Assembly (NCBI GenBank): GCA_033442325.1
Contig: JAWQFM010000009.1
Location: forward strand, 1,688,178 to 1,752,177
Direction: 5' to 3'
Source: Salpingoeca rosetta
Lineage: Eukaryota > Protista > Choanoflagellata
Length of the DNA stretch: 64,000 nucleotides
The notes beneath the pieces are model-generated. The model searched no databases and was not told the origin of the DNA. It saw nothing but the letters and a program-made list of their open reading frames with translations. The translations under genes were made by a program, and so were the position numbers. Positions 1 to 11,202 of this stretch are shown piece after piece. Position 1 is the first letter of the stretch. Each line of letters starts with the position of its first letter.

Positions 1-248
1 GAACGTACGTTGCGAAGTGCAGTGTCAGTGAGGCCTGGTAACTTCCAACGCAAAGCACAGATACAGACACACCCCTACCCACAGAGAGAGACACACACAG
101 ACACACACACGCATACACACACACACACACACGCACGCACACACACACACATACACACACACACGCACGCACACACACAAACACACATACACGCACACAC
201 GCACACACACACACATACACACACACGCACGCACACACACACACACAC

Positions 249-386
249 CTGGGGATCGCCACAGCCTGAGCGCCGCCAGTCGGAGATGAAGGCCGCCATG
301 ACGGCAACTTTGTTCTTGCTTCGCGCATGCACCCGTTCAAACAGCCCACACACCTCCCGAAACGTCACCGTGTCCTGCAGTGGCAT
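249..386 (-). CDS. First exon of a probable DNA ligase IV-like gene (continues off the left edge of the window)
   Basis: ATG at 386. The exon reads [46 protein letters not shown], followed by a GT donor at 248 and a (TG)n intron. This resembles the LIG4 N-terminal pattern 'VPF..LC..LERI...K.......F...WR' as I recall it. Only 46 aa are visible. Confidence 0.5.
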
Positions 387-571
387 GGCGCCTTGTGGAA
401 GGAAGGAAAGGGAAGGGAAGGAGGAGGGAGGAGAAGAAAAAATCTGCTGTGTCGTCCATCCATCCATCCATCCATTTTTTTTATTCCTTTCTTCGTCCTC
501 CATTCACATCAACACGCCACACAACAAGCAAAGCATTTCACAACAACAAGCCACACGATCGTCGATTCGCC

Positions 572-3500
572 ATGTCCGGCGGAGAGAAGAGAGCGAGGGA
601 GGAGGTGGAGGCCTTGCTGGCGCAGACGGAGTTGCTAGCGTTCTACGAGGGCGAGGAGCTCGAGGAGGGCATGGAGGTGGTGAGCGAGGATAGTGTGAAG
701 GACACGATCAGGGCCATCGCCAACAACACGTGTGGGGATTTTGAGAAGTGAGTACAACAAAACGGCACATTGCTGTGTTGGAAACAGCACGCACCCTGCA
801 TGCACTGCTCTCTGCTTACCTTGTTGCTGGGCTGTTCGTGTTGGGCAAGCCACAATCGCCATGGCCGTCGGTGACTTATTGCCTGCTTGTGTTGCTCTTG
901 GCACATGTTGAATGGCAGCTTGGATGAAATGGCCAACGGCGTCAGTGGGGCGCGTGCGGTGGCAGAGGCGCTCAAGGACAACACCTGCCTCAATACACTC
1001 TGGTTCGTCCTGTGGTGATTTGAGCTGCATCGTGTGGCATGTATGTAGTTCGGGTTGGGCTGCTTCATGCTGGTTGTTGGCCGACCTTTTCTCCTGTTTG
1101 TGTGCTCATGGCATGTGTTTTGACCGACCCCTTTCCGTGTTGACAGGCTGGGAGGCAATAATATCGGCGATGAGGGCGTTGCGGCGTTGGCAGAAATGCT
1201 GAAGCACAACACGACCATGACATCACTCAGGTGGGGGTGCACATATGCATGTGTGGATGGACATGGGCTGCGTCACGTTGCACTTTTATCCCGTGCTGTG
1301 TGCATGCAAGTGTGTGATTGGTGGTGTGGGTTCAACGACTGTGTTGCCACCCACAGTAATCATCACGCACTCACCCTCCCTCACCCATATGGCATCATCG
1401 CCCTGCGTGGCATCATCCCATCTTGACAGCCTGTGGCGCAATGACATCGGTCCTGAGGGCGCTGTTGCGTTGGCGGAGATGCTGAAGCACAACACGAACA
1501 TCGAAGAACTCAAGTGCGTGTAAACACATGCATATATGGATGTAAATGGGCTGCGCCACTGGCGTTGCACTTTTATCCCATGCTGTGAGTGCGAATGCAC
1601 ATGTGTGGTGGATGGATGAGTTCAATGGCTGTGTTGCCACCCACAGCAATCATCACGCACTCGCCCTTCCTCACTCTTGTGGCATCATTGCCCTGCGTGC
1701 CATCATCCCATCTGGACAGCCTGGCAGCCAACTCCATCGGCGGCGAAGGTGTTGTTGCGTTTGCGGAGATGCTGAAGCACAACACGGCTCTCAAAACATT
1801 GGAGTGAGTGGAAGAACCACTTTGGCAATGTGCCGTTGCATTGTTCCTGCATTCACCATGTACAAATCGAAGCACAGCCAACCAGCCAGCCATGCACGAC
1901 GTCTCTATCATGGGGGTTTGCGCAAAGAAATCATCCCCCCCCCTTAATTTCTTCTTTCACTGTGACATGCGTGCTGCCACACCTTGTGCCACTGGCATTG
2001 TCCCTTGTGCCTGTGCGACCATGACTGAAAGTCACATCATGTCACCCGAATGCAAGCTCACGTGTACGCAATCCATCCACGACCCACTTTCATCCATGCC
2101 ACTGACCCATTGTTCGCTCTCCCTTCACGGCTTCGTGTCCCATTCCCCTGTTCCATTCCCATTCCCACACACCTGCTTGCTACTGTCAGCCTGGGCGACA
2201 ACTCCATCACGCCAGTTGGCGGTACGGCGCTGGGAGCCGCCCTGGACCAGAACCGCACGCTGGAAGGGCTTGAGTGCGTCGATTGCGTTGCGCCTGCCTC
2301 ATGAACACCTGTGTCCTGTTGTGGGCAATGTGGTCCATCACCACTCTTTGTGTGCACGCCACAGCACACCATGTTCCTCCGCTTACCCTTGCATTTCTCC
2401 ACAACCACCCCCTCCCCCAAAACAACTCGTGCACACCATACTTGCTCCCTCCTCCTCAACCAACACACATCCACCACGTGTCCGCGTTCAGCATCAAGGG
2501 CAACTCCGCCGCCACCGCCCGCGCCTTTGGTGCCGCGCTGCCCGTCGACCGCGAGATCGGCACTATTTGGTCAGTCCACGTGTGTGCTTTCCCTTCCTGT
2601 CATGCGCTGTCTCTCTGCTCTTCTCCTCTCACGTGCTGCGTTCTACTTGCGTCCCATCTTATGTGTGGAACCACAGGTATGACGACAAAGAGGGCAAGGC
2701 CGCCTTCAACGAAGCGCGCAAGAAGAACAAGATCAGGGCCATCGCCAACAACACGTGTGGAGATGAAGTGCGGTGAGTGTAAGAACCCGATCCAACATGC
2801 TGAAACATACACGCTTGATGGGGAAAGAATAGCAGGACACGTGTGTTTGTGCATGTTTTTTTTTTTTTGCGTTTTTCTTTGCTTGTCCTTGTTTTTTTTT
2901 TTTTTTTGTGAGGAGCTTGGCTTTGTGTTTGGGTACGTGTGCGATCGCACAACTCGCACCACAAGAGTGTACCTGTGGTAGTTGTGGCTTACACCCTCGC
3001 GTTTGCACCCTCCTCATACGCTTGCTCATGACACAATTTGGAATTGCAGCCTGGTAGGAAATGACCTCGGCGACAGTGAGACGCGTGAGGTAGCCGAGGC
3101 GCTCAAGGACAACACGTGCCTCAAAGAGCTCATGTGCGTGGTGACGTGGATTGCACCGTGTGACATGCACAGTCGATTGGGTTGCTGTTGGTGCATGCTG
3201 CGCCCTGTTTCCCCTCCTTTCATTCATGCATTGCTTCTTGCGCGTGGTGTGTTTGCTCACCCTCGCTCCTGCTTTGCGTGTGCACAGCCTGGTACACAAT
3301 TCCATCAGCGACAAGGGTGCTGTGGCGTTGGCGAAGGTGCTGAAGCACAACAAGTCCCTCACGGAGCTCAAGTGAGTGTGAACACACGTGAATAAAGGCG
3401 CCCTCTGTGCTCGTGTGTGGCTTTGATGTGCAAGTTCAGTGGCTGCTTACCACCCATTGTGCTCGTCACCCACTCATGCCTGCTTTCCACTGCACATGCT

Positions 3501-6500
3501 GCCATCAACATCCCACTTCCTCCTCTCTTGTGTGTGCACAGCCTGCAGGGAAATTCTATCAGTGTTGAGGGCGCTGTGGCGTTGGCTGAGATGCTGAAGC
3601 ACAACACGACCATCACAGGCCTCAGGTGAGTGGGATCACACATACATTGAAAGCACCCTCTGTGCTCGTGTGTGGCTTTGATGTGCAAGTTCAGTGGCTG
3701 CTTACCACCCATTGTGCTCGTCATCCACTCATCATCCCTCCTCACCACCATGTGTGCTGTCATCAACCTTCCATTCCCCTCCTCTCTCTCTCTGTCTCTC
3801 TCGTGTGCACAGCCTGGAGAGCAACTCCATCAGCGACAAGGGTGCTGTGGCGTTGGCGAAGGTGCTGAAGCACAACACGACCCTCGAACGACTCAGGTGA
3901 GTGTGAACACCCCGTGAATTAAAGGCGCCCTCTGTGCTCGTGTGTGGCTTTGATGTGCAGGCCAATGGATGCTTACCACCCATTGTACTCGTCACCCACT
4001 CATGCCTGCTTTCCACTGCACATGCTGCCATCAACATCCCACTTCCTCCTCTCTTGTGTGTGCACAGCCTGCAGGGAAATTCTATCAGTGTTGAGGGCGC
4101 TGTGGCGTTGGCTGAGATGCTGAAGCACAACACGACAAGCACCAACACCGAACATCACCAGGACCTCTAGGTGGAGTGGGGATTGGGATCACACATACAT
4201 TGAAAGCACCCTCTGTGCTCGTGTGTGGCTTTGATGTGCAAGTTCAGTGGCTGTTTATCCATCATGTCCTCGTCACCCACACTGCATATGCTGTCATCAA
4301 CCTCCCACTTCCTCCTCTCTTGTGTGTGCACAGCCTGCAGGGCAATCCTATCAGTACTGAGGGCGCTGTGGCGTTGGCTGAGATGCTGAAGCACAACACG
4401 ACCCTAGAAGGACTTGGGTGAGTACACACACACATGCATTGCAGGCATCCTCTAAGCATGTGCTCGTGTGGTCTTGGTCGTGCATGTGCACTTATTCAGG
4501 CTCATTGGCTGTTTGGCGTCCCATGTACTCGTCATCCACTCATCGCTTCTCCTCTCCACCACATATGCTGCCATCACCCTCCTTCTCCCCTAATTACTCT
4601 TGTGTGCGCAGCCTGAACGACAACACCATCGGCGACAAGGGCGCCGTGGCCATGACAGAAATGCTGAAGCACAACAAGTCCCTCACGGCTCTCGTGTGAG
4701 TGCAGGCATGCACATGCATTGAAGGCACTCACTTTGAGCACGTATGCTTGTGTGATTTGCGAGTTTTGCAGTGTAGCAGGCTCACTGGCTGCTGGCCATC
4801 CACTCATCACCCCTCATCACCACCACCATGTGCGCTGTCATCAACCTCCACCCTGTCCCTCCTGTCTTGTGTGTGCACAGCCTGGAGAGCAACTCCATCG
4901 GCGACCAGGTCGCTGTGGCGTTGGCGGAGGTGCTGAAGCAGAACATGACTCTCCAATATCTTTTGTAAGAGGAAACCCTCCCCTCGTTGACAATTCGCGA
5001 TGTGCAAATCGAGGCACTGCCAGCCATGCACCATGTCTCTGCTCTGTGCTTGTTTTGCCACAAGTGCTTCCATCTTTCACTGTGACATGCGTGCTGCCAC
5101 ACCTTGTGCCACTGGCATTGTCCCTTGTGCCTGTGCGACCATGACTGAAAGTCACATCATGTCACCCGAATGCAAGCTCACGTGTACGCAATCCATCCAC
5201 GACCCACTTTCATCCATGCCACTGACCCATTGTTCGCTCTCCCTTCACGGCTTCGTGTCCCATTCCCCTGTTCCATTCCCATTCCCACACACCTGCTTGC
5301 TACTGTCAGCCTGGGCGACAACTCCATCACGCCAGTTGGCGGTACGGCGCTGGGAGCCGCCCTGGACCAGAACCGCACGCTGGAAGGGCTTGAGTGCGTC
5401 GATTGCGTTGCGCCTGCCTCATGAACACCTGTGTCCTGTTGTGGGCAATGTGGTCCATCACCACTCTTTGTGTGCACGCCACAGCACACCATGTTCCTCC
5501 GCTTACCCTTGCATTTCTCCACAACCACCCCCTCCCCCAAAACAACTCGTGCACACCATACTTGCTCCCTCCTCCTCAACCAACACACATCCACCACGTG
5601 TCCGCGTTCAGCATCAAGGGCAACTCCGCCGCCACCGCCCGCGCCTTTGGTGCCGCGCTGCCCGTCGACCGCGAGATCGGCACTATTTGGTCAGTCCACG
5701 TGTGTGCTTTCCCTTCCTGTCATGCGCTGTCTCTCTGCTCTGAACTCTTCTCCTCTCACGTGCTGCGTTCTACTTGCGTCCCATCTTATGTGTGGAATCA
5801 CAGGGAAGATGCCTCTGAGCGCAACGCCTTCAACAAAGCGTGCGAGGAGAGGAAGCAACACGAGACCACGCACACCGACCAAGAAGACCAGCAACAGGAC
5901 GCGCCTGCGACCAATGAGCAGCAACAGCACGAGCGCCTGCTCAGTGCCTGCAAGGCCGGCAATGTCGCAGCCGTCACCTCCCTCATCATCCGGCACAATA
6001 CAGACGTCAACCAACAAGATAAACAGGTGCGTGCATGTGTGTGCTTGTGCTTGTGAAGCGGATGGCTCACTCGTGCAGCGAGCTGTGTGTATGTTGCCAT
6101 GACTCTCACCACTTGCCCTCTTTCCCACTCCCACTGTCCATCATCCAACCACAGGGCGACACGCCGCTGCACGTTGCCTGCAGGCAGAACCAATCCGCCG
6201 TCGTGGAGCTGCTCCTGAAGAAGGGCGCAGACACCTCCATCAAAAACAAACAGGTGATTTCTCTGACACTTGCGCTTGTGCTTGTACTTATGGTCGTGCG
6301 TCCGCTGATCCACAGCTTCTCCCCTGTCTGTCTTCGTGTTCCCATCTCCCAAACTTGCTGCCCATTCACGCACATGACATGCAAATGCGCTTTCGTCGTC
6401 CTTTGTAGGGGGAGACACCTCACGATGTAGCCAAAGCCAGCGGCCACACCGCCATCACCACCGCCATCGAGGGCCTCAACCCAGGCAGCGAGAAGCAGCA

Positions 6501-7782
6501 GCAACAGGGAACCACTGCTGCTTCGGACGAAACAGACGCAGAGCAGGTACGTGCAGACGAAACACATTGTCCTTTGTCATGCCGCACCACTTCAGGCATT
6601 TGTTCCTGTGAACCTCTTGCAACACACGTCCGAATTAATGTCTTGCGCGCCGCCATCATACACCATCATCCATTCATTCCCCGCCAACGCCAACCACCAT
6701 CAACGCTCTTCCCTGTTGACATTTTTTCTGTGTGAACCCGTTTTGATGTACACAGGTGCACAGGGAGGCGGTGCAGGCGCGCATGATGGACATTGCAGAG
6801 CGTTCCGACACGCACATGGCGGGGAGAGCCAAGATGGGAGTATCTGGCCAGGGCCGCGCGGGCAAGACGACGCTTATGGACTCGCTTCAGGGCAAGCCGT
6901 TCAACAAGCAGCAGCACTCCACACTCGGCGCCACCACCAACGACATGAGAGTCACCGTCCACACCATGGAAGTGTGCGACTGGAAGGTTCGTTTAGTTGC
7001 CTGTGTGTGTGCGTGTGTGTGTGTGCGTGTGTGTTGTCTGTTGGTGTGTGTGTGCGTGTGTGTGTGTGTGTGTTGTCTGTCGGTGTGTGTGTGTGTGTAT
7101 GTGTGTGTGTGATATGTGCATCCACCTTGTACCAACACCTGCTTCCACCATCATTCGATCAATCACCACCTTATGTCTTTGTTCACCAACACTCACAAAC
7201 ACCCACCCTTCCACATCTCGTGCAGGAGAGCGACCAGAGCACGTCCGAGTTCATCCGCAGTCTCGTTGGCACGGCGATGGCACGCGAGGCCGGCGTGGAC
7301 GAGGAGCTGAAGCGCGCGTCAGCAAAGGCACGGGCGCAGCACGCCACCCGTGTTACCGAGCAACAGCACGAGGAGGCCAAGAAGCAGGCCAAGAAGCAGG
7401 CCAGGACGGATGCCAAGAAGCAGCGCAAGAAGAGCCATGGCACATCCACAACTTCCACCCCCTCATCCGACAAGGCGTCCACCGCAGCCGTGCCTGCACC
7501 TGCTGCAGGTCGTGATGCCTCCACAGCAACGCCTGCAGCAAAGGAGCAGCACCCAGCTTCCAGCCACGCCGACGTTGGTGACGACGATGCTGACGTCGTT
7601 GCCGTGACCACCCCATCCGTTTCGAAGGAGGAGGTGGAGAAGGCAATCAAGGACATGGACTTTGATGCGACAATTGGCGAAGGCAAGATGCAGGTCTCCT
7701 TCAAGATCTTCGACCTGGGCGGCCAGTCCACCTTCTACGTCTTTCACCCTTTCTTCCTCACCAAGCGAGTCACTGTGTTTGT

Positions 7783-7841
<59 letters not shown>

Positions 7842-10025
7842 TGTGTGTGCGTGTGTGTGTGTGTGCGCGCGCGCTGTGGGCTACGTGCTGTCAACACCCC
7901 CCCCCCCCCCACCACCACCCTTCTCACATCCCCACCCTTTACCTCCCAACCTCCCCACAACAGGTACGCAGTGTACCTGCTTGTGTTCTCCATGGAAGGA
8001 CCTGCTGCACCAAAATGAGAGCAAGCGGACCGAGGCGGGGGAGTTTTATGGAGCACTGGCTCCTCCTCCCTCCACCTCCATGGAAAAGGGGCGCCCGTCC
8101 TCATCGTCCGCACCTTCGCTGAGGTGTCAGTCCGCGGAAACAACATGGAGAAATCTTGCGTGAATTCCCAGGCGCCTGCGCCCCAAACACGGCCTTCGCT
8201 NNNNNNNNNNNNNNNNNNNNNNNNNNNNNNNNNNNNNNNNNNNNNNNNNNNNNNNNNNNNNNNNNNNNNNNNNNNNNNNNNNNNNNNNNNNNNNNNNNNN
8301 NNNNNNNNNNNNNNNNNNNNNNNNNNNNNNNNNNNNNNNNNNNNNNNNNNNNNNNNNNNNNNNNNNNNNNNNNNNNNNNNNNNNNNNNNNNNNNNNNNNN
8401 NNNNNNNNNNNNNNNNNNNNNNNNNNNNNNNNNNNNNNNNNNNNNNNNNNNNNNNNNNNNNNNNNNNNNNNNNNNNNNNNNNNNNNNNNNNNNNNNNNNN
8501 NNNNNNNNNNNNNNNNNNNNNNNNNNNNNNNNNNNNNNNNNNNNNNNNNNNNNNNNNNNNNNNNNNNNNNNNNNNNNNNNNNNNNNNNNNNNNNNNNNNN
8601 NNNNNNNNNNNNNNNNNNNNNNNNNNNNNNNNNNNNNNNNNNNNNNNNNNNNNNNNNNNNNNNNNNNNNNNNNNNNNNNNNNNNNNNNNNNNNNNNNNNN
8701 NNNNNNNNNNNNNNNNNNNNNNNNNNNNNNNNNNNNNNNNNNNNNNNNNNNNNNNNNNNNNNNNNNNNNNNNNNNNNNNNNNNNNNNNNNNNNNNNNNNN
8801 NNNNNNNNNNNNNNNNNNNNNNNNNNNNNNNNNNNNNNNNNNNNNNNNNNNNNNNNNNNNNNNNNNNNNNNNNNNNNNNNNNNNNNNNNNNNNNNNNNNN
8901 NNNNNNNNNNNNNNNNNNNNNNNNNNNNNNNNNNNNNNNNNNNNNNNNNNNNNNNNNNNNNNNNNNNNNNNNNNNNNNNNNNNNNNNNNNNNNNNNNNNN
9001 NNNNNNNNNNNNNNNNNNNNNNTGAGGAGAAGACGGCGTATGTCACCTTTCGCCTGAAGCAGTTCAAGACAGAGGCGAGCGTGCGTGTTGAAGACGCACA
9101 GCATGCGTCTTTCCTGCCAGAGGGCCTGTTTACGGTGGTGTTAGCGCATGTGATGACGCATGCACAGCACGGCGCATCGCAGCAGCCCAAGCTGAGTCGC
9201 ACCCACGCCATCTGCTTCATGGAGTCGACCAAGCTTGAGTTGCAGCTTGTGCCCGCCCGCGCCAACTCCGGCCACGGTGACAACGATGCGAGCCAGAGCA
9301 AAGGCAACAGTCCAGAGCACCAGCAGCACCAGCAGTACCTGGTTCCAGCCATCCTGCCGATGACGATCCGCCACAGCAGCAGCACGATGGAATCTGTCAC
9401 TCTGAGCACGACGGCAGCACAGCAGGTCAACCCATATCTTGGGTTTGAGGAGAAGACGGCGTATGTCACCTTTCGCCTGAAGCAGTTCAAGACAGAGGCG
9501 AGCGTGCGTGTTGAAGACGCACAGCATGCGTCTTTCCTGCCAGAGGGCCTGTTTACGGTGGTGTTAGCGCATGTGATGACGCATGCACAGCACGGCGCAT
9601 CACAGCAGCCCAAGCTGAGCCGCACCCACGCCGTCTGCTTCATGGAGTCGACCAAACTGGAGTTGCAGCTTGTGCCGGCTGTTGGCGGCATCAAGATGAA
9701 GATCAGGAGTGCACAGCCACGCGCCATGCTACACATGCTGCACACCATGATCAGCGAGGCTGCCAGAGAGCGCTATCCTGAGCTGAAGAGCAGCCTCCTG
9801 CTGCCGTATGACGACAAGACGCTGCTGTTCTTTGAGGATGTGCTGCACCACCACAAGAGCAAGCAGGACATGTGGGTAGACGAACAGCTGCTGCCGCCCG
9901 ATGACCTTGTCGCCAAGTATGGCCGTCTCTTGCCCGTTCTCGGCCTGCAGGACAAGTATGACGTCTTCATCAGCTACCGGTGAGACTTGTGTGTGTGTGT
10001 GTGTGCATGCGTGTGTGAGTATGTG

Positions 10026-10058
<33 letters not shown>

Positions 10059-11163
10059 ACGCGCGTATGTGCATGCGTGCGTGCGTGCGTGCGTGCGTGC
10101 GTGTATGTGTGTGTGTGCAAGTATGTGTCTGTCACTTCCACCAACTCGCCACAACTAATGCATGCAGTTTACCGTTATCTCATCACGACCTTTTCAACCC
10201 CCCCCCCTCCCGCAACCACAACAGGCAACGCGCCAGCAGTGGGCTGGTGATGGCGCTGCACCCGCGCTTGGAGCAGCGCAACCTGGTTGCGTTCCTGGAC
10301 GCCAACAACCTGGAGACGGGCCTCAACTTCAAGCTGTCGTTCATGACGGCGATTGGGCTGAGCCTGGTGGCCTGCCCCATTGTTTCTGCTGCCACCATCA
10401 TGCAGATGAGGCAGCTGCAGCACAGCGACTACTGCGACAACGTGCTGCTGGAGTGGATGACGATGCTGGCGCTGCACGAGCACCAGCGCAAGCACGGAGG
10501 GAGAGGTGAGGGGGAGGCCACAGACCTGATCCGCCTTCGCCGCGTTGTGCCCGTGATTGTTGGCAGCGCGTGGCACAATGTGAACGACAGCAGTATGAGC
10601 AGGGCCGAGATGAGCGAGTACGATTCGTTTGATGCCATGAAGCGGCTGGCCATGACGCTGCCAGATGCTGTGAGCAAGCAAACAGCAGCAGCCCTCGATC
10701 AGTATTTCACACAGGTGCTGCACCTGCCGCCACCCCGCCCACACAAGAGCGTGCGCGAAGCAGTGTGGTCGCTGTTTGACATTGACGCCGTGACTGCATT
10801 GGATGCCGGTGTGGACCGCACGTCACAGTTGCGCGACATTGCGGAGAAAGTGCGCCGGGTCGTCGTCTCTGCCAGGAGCGAGGAGCAAACTGGACGGGGG
10901 CCAGCAACTGCTCGTCGATCCACTCAGGTACATTGTGTGCAAGTGTGTGTGTGTGTGTTGGTGTGTGTGTAGGTCTGTGTGCATGTGTTGTGCTTGTGTG
11001 TGTGTGTGTGTGTGTACATTAAAATCATCTTGGTGCGCCTTGCCACATTGCGCCTCACACTGGATCTTCGTCAATTGTTCTTGCTTGCAGTTCTCCCAGC
11101 CGATCCAGCCGTCTGAACCAGCCGCACCACAGCCACCACAAGCGCCCCAGTCACCCTCACCTC

Positions 11164-11202
<39 letters not shown>

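Noticed and set aside
10-693. Many long ORFs rich in HTHT/CVCV (here and throughout the window)
   Set aside because: They are translations of intronic (CA)n/(TG)n microsatellites, which contain no stop codons. Real exons are delimited by GT/AG sites within them.
7964-8200. Frameshifts and a TGA (8016-8018) in the Roc exon suggesting a pseudogene
   Set aside because: Expected Roc residues (EHWL...PVLIV...) appear in shifting frames immediately before an N gap, the pattern of low-quality read-end insertions. The rest of the gene is open.
7463-9983. Very long ORFs spanning the gap (761, 619, 325 and 289 aa)
   Set aside because: Their length is inflated by translated Ns.
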